Below are positions 45,001 through 54,420 of a stretch of DNA of 64,000 bases, piece by piece. The position numbers were made by a program, and so were the translations under genes. Numbering within the stretch: position 1 is the first letter of the stretch; each line of letters starts with the position of its first letter. Under the pieces are notes generated by a model. That model had not been told where the DNA came from, ran no database searches, and was given only the letters and a program-made list of their open reading frames with translations. The stretch is from a bacterium (lineage in GTDB: Bacteria; UBA10199; 2-02-FULL-44-16; JAAZCA01), in the NCBI GenBank assembly GCA_963674695.2, contig CAXXGI010000003.1, forward strand, positions 480,001 to 544,000. The letters are read 5' to 3'.

Positions 45001-48000
45001 CGAACCGCTCGCACAGACGCCCGATTGGCAGGAATCAGTTTCCGTGCAGGCGTTTCCGTCATCGCAGGGCGTATCGTTCGGCTTCGGTTGTGCATCGGGA
45101 CAACTGCCATCGACCGCACAGATGACGTGTTCCGTGCAGGCCGTTTCGGGTGCGCACTCTTCCCCGGGAACGCATTCGCAATTGTTGGCCTCTTGCTGAC
45201 AGCTGCCTCCTTGGCAGCGATCGATCGTGCAGGCCAGTGCATCAAGTTCGCCCTCGCACGGATTGGCGTTGTTCGTAGCGATGCAGCCTGTTGTCGGATC
45301 GCAGGAATCATCGGTGCAGATATTGCTGTCGTCGCACGTGAGCGGCTCGCCGCTGACGCAAACGCCTTCGCTGCAAATATCTCCCGTCGTGCACGCGTTT
45401 TCGTCATCGCATGCGTTGCTGTTCGAGGTGTTGACGCAGCCTGACGCCGGAACACAGGAATCGTCGGTGCAGACGTTGTCGTCATTGCAGTTTGGTGCGG
45501 CGCCGCCGATACAGGAACCGGCGCTACAGATATCCTCCGTCGTGCAGGCGTTTCCATCATCGCACGTTTCCGTGTTTGGTGCATGTACGCATCCCGTTGC
45601 TGCTTCGCAGGAATCACTCGTACAGACGTTGTCATCATTGCATTCGGGCGGAGCGCCGCCAACACAGGCTCCGGCACTGCAGGTATCCGCGGTCGTGCAG
45701 GCATTGCCGTCGTCGCAGGATGTGGTGTTATTCGTATGGACGCAACCGCCGGCGGGATCACAGGAATCGTCAGTACAGGGGTTGCCATCATCGCAGTTGA
45801 GTGCTGTCGTGCCGGAAATACAGCCACCGTCGGTGCACATGTCGCCAACGGTGCAGGCGTTCTGATCATCGCAATCGGTGCCATTCTTTGCAGTGGCATC
45901 GAAGATGCACCCTATTGTGGGATTACAGCTATCGGCCGTGCAGTTGTTTCCGTCGACACATGCCACGGGATTGCCCTGACATACTCCACTTCCGTCACAA
46001 GCATCGCCAGCAGTGCAGGCATCGCTGTCATCACAGTCCGTCCCAGGATCAGATGGCTGCGATTCACATCCTATGCCACCTGACCCAGGGGCGCAGACAT
46101 CGATCGTACAGGGGTTGCCGTTATCGCAGACGGTATCATCCGGGGCAAATTCACATTCGCCCGTATCGGGGTTGCACGTGTCGGTCGAGCACTCGGTGTT
46201 GTCTTCACATTCCACCTCGCTCCCGCTCTGGCAACTTCCTTGCGCATCACAGGTGTCATTGCGCGTGCAGGGATTCCCATCTTCACAAGTGACTCCAACA
46301 TCCGGTGTGTGCTGGCATTCTGTCGTGTATTGACCTGTCTGTACGCACTCATCCTTCGTGCAGGGGTCTTCATCGGCGCATTCTTCATGCGAGGTGCAAT
46401 CCGGTGGAGGCAGACATTGACAGTCGGGCGTGCAGATGAATCCGTCCTGATCGCCGGAACAGGCCGTGCCTACCATGTTGGCAGACCTTGGGTTATCGCA
46501 CTGCTCGACATCGGTATTGACCTGTCCATCACCGCAGTAGGCGTTACGACAATTTTCATCGCAATAGAGGTCAACGCCCGAGGTGGAGTGTGTTTCCCAA
46601 GGTACGGCAGTATTTGGCGGATCGCACTGCTCATAATCAGGGCCCCAAGTCTCTGTAATATTGTTTCCACATTCCGTTTCATTGTATTCATATCCATCAC
46701 AGGTCGCATTGCAGTGCTGGTTTGCGGGCCAACCGATGGGAGCGGGATCGAGCGGATCACAGGTCTCTCCCGCCCACTCCTGCCAAATCCCATCGCCGCA
46801 GTAGGCGCAGGTACAGGCGTCGGCGCCGGTCTGCCCATGTTCTCCACCGCAGATGCCGTCCACCACGATTCCGCCATAGGTTGCAGCATTGCAGGCAACT
46901 CCCTCTTCACACGTCTCCTCCCCTTCCAACACGCCATCCCCACAGGTGACGTTACGCGCGGGCAGCATGACGAGCGTGGCCATCTCACGATAGCCCGGCA
47001 TTGAGCGCCCGCGGGGGAGTGGAACGGATTGTGTCTTCATCCCGGGAAAGGGATCGGTGGGTTGAAATTCACGAAGGCCAAACGGAATAATCTCGAAGGC
47101 TTGTGATCCCTGAAAGGGAGGAAGCGCTGGTGCCAACTCAAGGCCCTCGTTGAGGATGATGGGCTGTGGATTGAAGAACTGTGCTTCTTCCAGATCGCTC
47201 CGATCGGCGATGGCATCCCCGCAGGAGTCGTTTCGGATGACGTCGGGCTGAAAGCCCTCGGCAAAGCGGATGACGTCGTCGTTCGCTTCCTGATCGTTCA
47301 TCGATTGAGGAAAGCAGAGTGGAGAAGCGTACCCCATATAGTAGGTAGCAAAAGCAGGCATAAAGGTGCTGAGGATGCTGAACTCGGTCGAGACCTGATC
47401 GGCGGGGATCTGGGAGAAATAATTGACGATGGGGCAACTTCCGTTGCAGAGATCAGTCGGATTGTCCACACAACAGGGATGATCGTCATAGAGCTCAACA
47501 GGGACTTCGGTGCCCTCCAGATAGGGCAGTGTGCAGACCTTCTTTTCGCTGCAGCTCTGTGTCTTCGGCAGATTTCCATCGATAAACGGTGGCGCGAGGT
47601 AGTTGTCTTCGCTCGATGCCATCATCTTCATACGCGCGGTTACGTAGTTTGAGCTATACCCCACGGCCATCGAAGAATAGAGCTCGTAGGGGCTCATGAC
47701 GGCATTATCCGCGCATCCGAATTCCGGTAGCATCAGCGGCAGACCGTTGATCACGGCCAAGGCATCGGAACCATTCGTTTGGGTGGTATCGGCCGCCATT
47801 TCCCCCGGTCCGAAGAGGCGCTTGCCCTCGATCGATCCATCCTGTGCGGACACGCTGGCCGAGCCAACGCGGATGCGTTTATAGCCACCTGCGCTTTTGT
47901 TGCTCATGTCATATTCGGAGAGTGTTGGAAAAGAAAGCTTGGTCTCCGTATCTACGCCATGGAGAATGTAGGCGTGTCCGGCATAGCTACTTGACATCAT

Positions 48001-50148
48001 TGATTCTACCCGTTCGATGATCAGATTTCCGGCGGCGATATCCACGACACCGTTTCCATCAAAATCCGCGATCGCAACGGAGGCGACCTCAACGGTGACG
48101 TCCCCACCAGGGATAGGCCCTAAGTTGATAAGCTCTTCCGCCATACCATCGCATGCGGAACCCGTGCGACGAACGATTGTGATCGTGTTCGCGAACATGT
48201 GACCGCTGCCATCATCGAATTTGAAGCTAGGATTGCCATCGGCATCATTCATGTCGCCATCGACGACGTTCATGCCACGCCAGGTGATGACGAGGTCTTC
48301 GCAGGTATCGTTGGAAAGATGCGCGGCCTTCACTTCATAGGGGACATAGGAGCCACCTTCGGGAGGTGTGATCTTTACGGCCTTCGGCAGGATGATCGGA
48401 TAGGAGTTGCTGCCGATGGTCACCTCGTCGTTGCAGATAATCTTTCCAGCCGCTGCATTGAGGCTGGAGGTGTCCTGCCGATGCCGAATGTGCTGGCCGT
48501 TCATTGGATCGATGAAATAGAGGATAGCTTTGTTCTCACCGGTCAGCGTACTGGAGGGGACGACGAGTTTTTGCGTATCCGTGCCAACGATCGTGTCGGT
48601 GATGCGAGCTGCGTCGTAGGCGTTCGGCCCGACGATCGATAGCGCCATGATCTCAAAGTTGTTGGAAGGGTTGTGGTTGACGAAGGCATCGGGGTCATCC
48701 TGATCGGGGCGCGTCTGTCTATAGAAGGCCACCGGGGCGATGACCGAATCGTGCAGATTGATTGGCGCCGAGTTATGGCATTCGGTATCGTCTGCAGTGA
48801 CGAGTGCTTCTCCCCAGGTCATGGTCGTAAAATACGGGGCTGCAGAAGTGTTAAACAAGTATGGACGCCCCAGGGCACCGATGATGAGTTCATCGAGATT
48901 GAGGATGGTCCCCTGATAGAGGACCGCGAAGTCGGTGTGGGCCTGTGGATATTCCGAACTGGCCATGCCGCTCAGACGCATCGACTCGACGGCGATCGGG
49001 TTCGTAAAGATCGGTGTGATCGGCACGTTCTTGATGCGCATGTCCTTGGTAGGGTTTGTTCCTGGCGCTTCATCCGGATCGGGAACATAGTAGGCGTAAA
49101 AGAGCTCTGTGGCATTCAGTTGTGGATTATAGTCGTTTGCCAATGAGGCAAGCGGTGGATACTCCCAGCTGGTGTAGCCCGCGAAGCGATAGATTCCCGC
49201 ATCCTTTTTCTCAAAAAATGCCAGGGGCGAAATGTAGGAGGCTGTCTTTCCGGTTTCGGAATATTCAGCGCCTTGGGTCCATAAGGGAAACGCAGCGCCT
49301 TTCCAGGCAACCTTGTGGTTCACATCGACGAGAAGGTTCAATGAATCATAGCTGGGCGCGACGATGCCGGTGCCAATATCGGCGGCGTCGTAGAGGTAGA
49401 CGCGATTCTGCGTTCCATTGAAATAGCCATAGCCGGTTTCTTCGTTGACTTCACATTCCCCCAGCGGTGTGCGGGGGAGGAAGGGTCGGCACCAGCGGAA
49501 GGGGTTTTCCTTTGAACGAATTGCAGCCAGCGGTGCGTTTTCAGGATAGGGTTCGTTTTTATGGGCATCGCCGGAGAGCTGTTCTTGAAAGAAAACAGTT
49601 TCAACGATGTCTTCACCCAACAGATCGGTCAGGCCTCCGACATGAATATCCGCGAGATCCAGCCGTTGTGAGGTGACATTTGCGTCCCCCGCCAGCGAAA
49701 GATCCATCGAAAAGACATAGATCGAACCGTCCTCAAGGTCCTCTCGATACTGATTCCACGCGATCGGGTTGCGCACCCCACCTGAAGGAAGCGTTGACGG
49801 GAACGACTCGATGCAACTGCCCTCTTTGAGACAGGTGTGGTCTTGCTGAAACCCCGGTGTGGCCATGATGTCGCCGATGAAGACTTTTTCCGTAAATCCG
49901 AATGCACTGAGGTTGAGGATTCCGTTGTCATAAAAACGGGATGAAGAGTCGGTCTGCTTCGGATGTTTGAAGAAGTGCAGGCGCAGCGCGTTGGATTGCA
50001 TGGTGGGTGCATTATCGTTCGAGTGGGTAACGACCACGATCGGCTTGGAATAACCGGCCGAATCACCAGCGGCGTGGGCGGTTGCCAGCGGAATGAGCAG
50101 CAGGCATGCCGCCAGGATTGCCGAACATCGAATGGATGGGTAATGCAT
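42031..50148 (-). CDS. Giant secreted Cys-rich surface protein (2705 aa) with C-terminal sorting signal
   Basis: Signal peptide, FG-GAP-like DFDGNGVVDIA, CGNG..E.GE.C and CDDGNACT.D.C repeats, GGGGC-TM-RRRKRR tail. Confidence 0.85.
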   Translation of the reverse strand: MHYPSIRCSAILAACLLLIPLATAHAAGDSAGYSKPIVVVTHSNDNAPTMQSNALRLHFFKHPKQTDSSSRFYDNGILNLSAFGFTEKVFIGDIMATPGFQQDHTCLKEGSCIESFPSTLPSGGVRNPIAWNQYREDLEDGSIYVFSMDLSLAGDANVTSQRLDLADIHVGGLTDLLGEDIVETVFFQEQLSGDAHKNEPYPENAPLAAIRSKENPFRWCRPFLPRTPLGECEVNEETGYGYFNGTQNRVYLYDAADIGTGIVAPSYDSLNLLVDVNHKVAWKGAAFPLWTQGAEYSETGKTASYISPLAFFEKKDAGIYRFAGYTSWEYPPLASLANDYNPQLNATELFYAYYVPDPDEAPGTNPTKDMRIKNVPITPIFTNPIAVESMRLSGMASSEYPQAHTDFAVLYQGTILNLDELIIGALGRPYLFNTSAAPYFTTMTWGEALVTADDTECHNSAPINLHDSVIAPVAFYRQTRPDQDDPDAFVNHNPSNNFEIMALSIVGPNAYDAARITDTIVGTDTQKLVVPSSTLTGENKAILYFIDPMNGQHIRHRQDTSSLNAAAGKIICNDEVTIGSNSYPIILPKAVKITPPEGGSYVPYEVKAAHLSNDTCEDLVITWRGMNVVDGDMNDADGNPSFKFDDGSGHMFANTITIVRRTGSACDGMAEELINLGPIPGGDVTVEVASVAIADFDGNGVVDIAAGNLIIERVESMMSSSYAGHAYILHGVDTETKLSFPTLSEYDMSNKSAGGYKRIRVGSASVSAQDGSIEGKRLFGPGEMAADTTQTNGSDALAVINGLPLMLPEFGCADNAVMSPYELYSSMAVGYSSNYVTARMKMMASSEDNYLAPPFIDGNLPKTQSCSEKKVCTLPYLEGTEVPVELYDDHPCCVDNPTDLCNGSCPIVNYFSQIPADQVSTEFSILSTFMPAFATYYMGYASPLCFPQSMNDQEANDDVIRFAEGFQPDVIRNDSCGDAIADRSDLEEAQFFNPQPIILNEGLELAPALPPFQGSQAFEIIPFGLREFQPTDPFPGMKTQSVPLPRGRSMPGYREMATLVMLPARNVTCGDGVLEGEETCEEGVACNAATYGGIVVDGICGGEHGQTGADACTCAYCGDGIWQEWAGETCDPLDPAPIGWPANQHCNATCDGYEYNETECGNNITETWGPDYEQCDPPNTAVPWETHSTSGVDLYCDENCRNAYCGDGQVNTDVEQCDNPRSANMVGTACSGDQDGFICTPDCQCLPPPDCTSHEECADEDPCTKDECVQTGQYTTECQHTPDVGVTCEDGNPCTRNDTCDAQGSCQSGSEVECEDNTECSTDTCNPDTGECEFAPDDTVCDNGNPCTIDVCAPGSGGIGCESQPSDPGTDCDDSDACTAGDACDGSGVCQGNPVACVDGNNCTADSCNPTIGCIFDATAKNGTDCDDQNACTVGDMCTDGGCISGTTALNCDDGNPCTDDSCDPAGGCVHTNNTTSCDDGNACTTADTCSAGACVGGAPPECNDDNVCTSDSCEAATGCVHAPNTETCDDGNACTTEDICSAGSCIGGAAPNCNDDNVCTDDSCVPASGCVNTSNSNACDDENACTTGDICSEGVCVSGEPLTCDDSNICTDDSCDPTTGCIATNNANPCEGELDALACTIDRCQGGSCQQEANNCECVPGEECAPETACTEHVICAVDGSCPDAQPKPNDTPCDDGNACTETDSCQSGVCASGSPVECDDGNICTTDSCNPASGCTVTNNTLPCDLDELACTVDQCSEGSCRLNENRCECVPGEVCAGETECTLAVTCSTDGSCPAAEPKEQGTDCALDDPCMDGACNASGQCISTAHNCDDGNVCTADACDLAHNGCYYTNNTAFCNDGNHCTENDICSNGECAGKSKSCADTGECTVSLCDEADGICKPQPDPASIGQSCDDSNPCTDGTTCNDAGECVGGTGNVCPDAAEVCHVSICTLENGCGFALANEGVECTNNSTNLCLVNGTCTAGGTCDNEVEKDCTDDNACTIDTCRTANGECLNELITACANDDGCCAEGCDSTNDNDCDVVCGNNVVEKGEECDGTEFGNCATGFACNASCACEYTDAACGNGKIEESHEECEQDTDCTFALNQVCDGCHCRLAACGDGVVEGDEVCESNADCPDGDYCSGCQCLTPVCGNDVADPGEQCRDGALTCGDGQICNEDTCQCHTPSCGDGSADEGEQCGELGLECASGQDCRDCRCITPGCGNGFIEEGEQCGEPGFNTCSDLQNCDESCHCVTPEPVCGNGTWDVGEICDAGEGCREGEICTDACACEPSNIVCGNAVLEEGEQCEQDNDCEDNEFCSNCRCQNAGRAEADPGRCVCSSNSTDEELKELNRRVQEITGVVGYDLFIGEGDTIACACVIKDASAPTVPRQELSLSLSGSADPDRNGNIRPGALVQMTGLQLTTPESNRIAIVRQPEIIVPTEAPAPDTAKGDLIKALTIMPDLSSFGGVEQMPVEKLTRINPNEMIVNDRASVKIIAVPPDIQVVMGSAVERPTFRELPSIDMTSAPDDATSEGPAGAGSVMWMLNIPELPRVGSSQGTEGATDYRDLGYASEEDMYIENQQHDKEIVFEELEMLTERFGRGNPNIFLNLSTTSWEEKDSYRFMIVQDVYGVAGQEAPAPVTTGVTFLSGKPMSPAGGGGCALAATEPNPVPWTALGFMLLAFLLPSGTMVLVRVRRRKRRGR

Positions 50149-50173
50149 AGAGACCTCCAGATGTCCCTAATGG

Positions 50174-50191
50174 TTGCAAGGAGGGTGCCAA
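50174..50191 (-). promoter_or_regulatory. Sigma54 promoter
   Basis: TTGGCACCCTCCTTGCAA, consensus match. Confidence 0.8.
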
Positions 50192-50322
50192 AAAATGCAT
50201 GAGAAACGTTTTTTAACGCTATGATATATATGGTGATATTAATCGCGGCGCAGGGTGTGTCGTTTCAAAATGAGAGGATCAACACGGAATCGTCAAAGGA
50301 TTGACAAGGGCACATGCGGTAG

Positions 50323-50458
50323 ATCGGGATCCCCGTTTTCACGGGGATGACAAGCAAGGGGGCTTCGAGGATGACAATGTAAGGGGTGTCATTCCCGCGA
50401 ACGCGGGAATCTCGATTGAGGTCTTTCCATCGGGATCCCCGTTTTCACGGGGATGACA
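50323..50458. repeat. REP cluster
   Basis: GATCCCCGTTTTCACGGGGATGACA twice plus GTCATTCCCGCGAACGCGGGAATC. Confidence 0.85.
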
Positions 50459-50470
50459 GGCCATGATGGC

Positions 50471-52639
50471 TCAGCTGATATCGGCGAGCGTGAGTTTCCC
50501 TTCCCAGCGAGTGAGGAGCACCTCTTTGATGCGGGTGTTGTCCGTGCTTGAAAGCTGCGGGTCGGCCTCGATCAGTTCGAAGGCGGCCTTGCGCGCCTCT
50601 CCCAAAATGCCGACATCGCGCGCGAGGTTGGCGATGCGAAACGGTGGCAGGCCGGACTGACGCGTGCCCAAAAATTCGCCAGGGCCGCGGATGGCCAGAT
50701 CTTCCTCGGCGATGCGAAATCCATCGGTGGTGGCCACCATCACCTCGAGCCGACGCATGGCGTCCTCGCTGCGGCGATATTCGGCCATGAGAATGCAATA
50801 GGACTGAAACGTGCTGCGCCCCACCCTGCCTCGCAGCTGGTGCAGTTGCGAGAGCCCGAAGCGCTCGGCGTGTTCGATGACCATGACCGTGGCGTTGGGG
50901 ACATCCACGCCCACCTCCACCACCGAAGTGGCCGCCAGCACATGCACCGTGCCCGCCTTGAACGCGTTCATGATGCGTTCCTTCTCATCCCCCGACATGC
51001 GGCCGTGCAGGAGCGCGACGTGAAAATCGGGCTCGAAGACGCGCCTGAGTTCCTCGCACATGTCGGTGGCGTTTTTGAGGTCGAGCTTTTCGCTCTCTTC
51101 GATGAGCGGATAGACGATGTAGGCCTGGTGCCCATTGGTGATCTCGTGGCGAATACCTTCATAGAGTTTCTGACGCTGATGCTCCTCATAGAGGCGCGTC
51201 ATAATCGGCTTGCGCCCTTTCGGCAGCTCGTCGATGACCGAGACGTCCAGGTCGCCATAGAGGGTCATGGCCAGCGTGCGCGGGATGGGCGTGGCGGTCA
51301 TGATCAGGACATCGGGCCAGGTCTGCGCGGCTTTGCCATCATGGCCCTTCTCGCGAATGGCGGCGCGCTGCAGGACGCCGAAGCGATGCTGCTCATCGAC
51401 GACGATGAACCCGAGGCGTTTGAACGCGACCCCCTCCTGGATGAGCGCGTGCGTGCCGACCGCCAGCGGGATGCTCCCGTCGGCGAGTCCCGCGAGGATC
51501 TCCTTGCGATCGGCGCCCTTCACCGAACTCGTGAGCAGGCGCACCGGCAGTCCCAACGACCCGCAGATGTCGCGGATGGTCGTCATGTGTTGCTCGGCCA
51601 GGATCTCGGTCGGCGCCATGATGGCGGCTTGATACCCGCCTGCAATTGCTTGCAAGGCAGCCGCGAGCGCGACGACCGTCTTGCCGCTGCCCACATCGCC
51701 CTGCAGCAGGCGATTCATCGGCGCAGCGCGGTGCATGTCGGCAAAGATCTCATCGATGACGCGTTTCTGAGCGCCGGTGAGCCGGAACGGGAGTGTCTTG
51801 AGAAAGTGGTTGTGTGCAGCCTCATCGACGGCAAAGGCGATCCCCGGTTTGACGGCGACGTTGCGTCGGCGCAGCGCCATCCCCAGTTCGAGAAAAAAGA
51901 ACTCGTCGAAGATCAGTGTGCGGTGCGCTGCCGATCGGCCGATGGTGAGCAGCTCCGGTTCGATGTCGTTCGAGGGAAAGTGAATTTGTTGCAGGCAGGT
52001 CCACGGGTCGAGCAGTGTATGCGCCTCGGAAAACGCCTCGGAAAAGATCGGTTTGATGTTTTCGTGATAGGCATCCCAGGCGTTGCGCACGATCTTGCGC
52101 ATCGTCTTCTGATAGAGCCCCTCGGTGAGCGGATAGACCGGCAAAATGCGCCCGACGTCCGGCGGGGCATCGCCGCCCGTTGCGAGGATATCGATCTCGG
52201 GGTGAATGAACTGCATCGTGTTGCGGTAGGCGCTCGCTTCACCCGCGAGCAGGACGCGCGTGCCGGGGGCAAATTTCTGTTCCATGTAGCGCTGATTGAA
52301 GTGGAAGAACTTTGCGGAGACGCGGCCGGTGCCATCTTCGACGATGATCTCGTAGATGCGACGACGCCTGCCGCCCATGAAACTGACACCAGCGCGTTCG
52401 ACCGCGCCCACGACGGTGCGATCTTTTCCCGGCGAGAGCTCCGAGATGCCCAGGATTTGCCGGCGGTCGAGGTAGCGCAGCGGCGTGAGCGCCAGCAGAT
52501 CGGCGACGTTGAGGATGCCCATGCGCCCGAGTTTGGCCGCAAGCGCCGGCCCCACCCCCTTCACATACTGCACGGGCGTGGCCAGCTTCGGTCGGACATC
52601 GGTTCGATGGTTCGATGGTTCGACGGTTCGATGGTTCAT
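50471..52639 (-). CDS. recG: ATP-dependent DNA helicase RecG
   Basis: RLLQGDVGSGKT, DEQHRFG, MTATPIPRTL, QLHQLRGRVGR, GTRQSG. Confidence 0.96.
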   Translation of the reverse strand: MNHRTVEPSNHRTDVRPKLATPVQYVKGVGPALAAKLGRMGILNVADLLALTPLRYLDRRQILGISELSPGKDRTVVGAVERAGVSFMGGRRRRIYEIIVEDGTGRVSAKFFHFNQRYMEQKFAPGTRVLLAGEASAYRNTMQFIHPEIDILATGGDAPPDVGRILPVYPLTEGLYQKTMRKIVRNAWDAYHENIKPIFSEAFSEAHTLLDPWTCLQQIHFPSNDIEPELLTIGRSAAHRTLIFDEFFFLELGMALRRRNVAVKPGIAFAVDEAAHNHFLKTLPFRLTGAQKRVIDEIFADMHRAAPMNRLLQGDVGSGKTVVALAAALQAIAGGYQAAIMAPTEILAEQHMTTIRDICGSLGLPVRLLTSSVKGADRKEILAGLADGSIPLAVGTHALIQEGVAFKRLGFIVVDEQHRFGVLQRAAIREKGHDGKAAQTWPDVLIMTATPIPRTLAMTLYGDLDVSVIDELPKGRKPIMTRLYEEHQRQKLYEGIRHEITNGHQAYIVYPLIEESEKLDLKNATDMCEELRRVFEPDFHVALLHGRMSGDEKERIMNAFKAGTVHVLAATSVVEVGVDVPNATVMVIEHAERFGLSQLHQLRGRVGRSTFQSYCILMAEYRRSEDAMRRLEVMVATTDGFRIAEEDLAIRGPGEFLGTRQSGLPPFRIANLARDVGILGEARKAAFELIEADPQLSSTDNTRIKEVLLTRWEGKLTLADIS

Positions 52640-52705
52640 AGCTCAGAACGAAAAAGGGGGAGCTTTTCCGCTCCCCCGAGGGTAATGACTACGTCTACTT
52701 GTGCT

Positions 52706-52779
52706 GTCATTCCCGCGGGGGTAAGCGGGGATCTCGATTGTAATGCCACGTCGAGATCCCCGCTTTCGCGGGGATGACA
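52706..52779. repeat. REP pair
   Basis: Two inverted REP palindromes. Confidence 0.8.
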
Positions 52780-52801
52780 AAACTCTGGTTTGTCATCAAC
52801 G

Positions 52802-54124
52802 TCAGTACGTCACCTGCGTCACGGTGAATTCCACGCGGCGGTTGCGGGCGCGGCCCTTCACGGTGTTGTTGTCGGCGATCGGGCGGCTCTCGCCGTAGCC
52901 CACGGCCGTGAGACGATCGGGCTCGATCCCCTTCTTGACGAGGTATTCACGCACGGCCTTGGCACGACGTTCCGAGAGGATCTGGTTGAAGGAATCCGGA
53001 CCGATCCAGTCGGTGTGTCCTTCCACGTTCACGCGCAGGATCTGCGGGTTGCGCTGGAGCAGATAGGCCACGTCGTCCAAAATGGGGTACGAGATCGGAC
53101 GAATGACGGCACGCGCGAACTCAAAGTGGATCTTCTGCGTGATGATGATCTTCTCTTCGACGATGGCATCCACTTCCATCGGCGGAGGCGGAGGCGGCTC
53201 GTGGATGCGGCGATAGTTTACACCGAGCAGGATGCGAAAGTCGGGCGAGCCGACGCCGGTCGTGATGCCGCGGCCACCACCGAGGGTGACGCCCAGGCCC
53301 TTGGCCATGCTCTGCGGCGTGAAACGACCGGCCACGACGAACTCGGCCGGATTCTGCAGCTGGTTTTTGAAGAAGCTCTTGATGATCGACTCGGAATAGA
53401 CTTCGCCGATCACCGCCCACGAATCGTTGATGCGTACGTTGATACCGCCGCCGAGGGTGATGGCGTTATCGAGAAAGGCGTTCGGATTGTTGAAATCGTA
53501 ACGGAAGTTCTGATAGTAGCGATAGCCGGCGTTGAGCGTGAGGAAGACGCGGTTCTTGATGTCGGCGTCGAAGACGAGCTTACCGCCCGGCGACCACATG
53601 CCAGTGCCGAGCCAGTAGTTGCTGCGGCCGGTCGGAAAATTCATGTAGGGCACGAGCGCGAGGCCGACGTGATAGCGCTCGATGTCGAGCAGGCGGAATT
53701 TCATCTCTACGCGCAGATCACCCATTTTGCCAAAGAGGGTCTGTTTCTGCACCGCAGCCGCGGCGCGGTTTTCATTGTAGTAGATCTCATACAGCGCGAT
53801 CGGGAAATCGAAGCCCATCGTCCACCAGTCGGTAAAGCCGATGGCGGCCTGGACGTTGGCCATGACCAGGTCGTCCACGATGCCACGGCGACGCGTGCCG
53901 GTGGGGTCGGCATATTCGAGGGGTTCGAAGGCATAGTCGAAATAGGCGCCGGCGTTGAAGCTCCATTGCGGTAGCGTGAACGACTGATGCTGGGTGATGA
54001 ATCGGCCGCCGTCGGAAGCAGGAACGAACCGGACGACCTGGTTGTTCTTGGCCTGCGCGGGAAGCGCCATGGCGGCAATTGCGACGAATACGGCAAAAAA
54101 GACCAACGATTTAAAGCGCTTCAT
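52802..54124 (-). CDS. OmpA-family outer membrane protein
   Basis: Signal peptide, beta-barrel-like N-terminal domain, Pro linker, VEGHTD...LSERRA...NRRVEF. Confidence 0.9.
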   Translation of the reverse strand: MKRFKSLVFFAVFVAIAAMALPAQAKNNQVVRFVPASDGGRFITQHQSFTLPQWSFNAGAYFDYAFEPLEYADPTGTRRRGIVDDLVMANVQAAIGFTDWWTMGFDFPIALYEIYYNENRAAAAVQKQTLFGKMGDLRVEMKFRLLDIERYHVGLALVPYMNFPTGRSNYWLGTGMWSPGGKLVFDADIKNRVFLTLNAGYRYYQNFRYDFNNPNAFLDNAITLGGGINVRINDSWAVIGEVYSESIIKSFFKNQLQNPAEFVVAGRFTPQSMAKGLGVTLGGGRGITTGVGSPDFRILLGVNYRRIHEPPPPPPMEVDAIVEEKIIITQKIHFEFARAVIRPISYPILDDVAYLLQRNPQILRVNVEGHTDWIGPDSFNQILSERRAKAVREYLVKKGIEPDRLTAVGYGESRPIADNNTVKGRARNRRVEFTVTQVTY

Positions 54125-54230
54125 CCCTCCCCCTCTCGCTCGGAAACAATTGCGAAGGATTGTAGGGACTTGCGCACAAAAGTCAATAAAGTCGTGGGGT
54201 TTTAAGGTGGGCTCGGGGAGTGTCTGAAGG

Positions 54231-54390
54231 GTGTCATTCCCGCGAAGGCGGGAATCTCGACTATCCCCGGACGTGTCATTCCCGCCCCCGATTCAATCGT
54301 TCGAGGGCAGGCTCCGGCGGGAATCTCGATTTTCAAGATCCATCGAGATCCCCGTTTTCACGGGGATGACAAACCAAGGCAGGGATGACA
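54231..54390. repeat. REP cluster
   Basis: Short, long and inverted REP units. Confidence 0.85.
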
Positions 54391-54420
54391 ATCGCACGGG
54401 GTGTCATACCCGCCCCACGT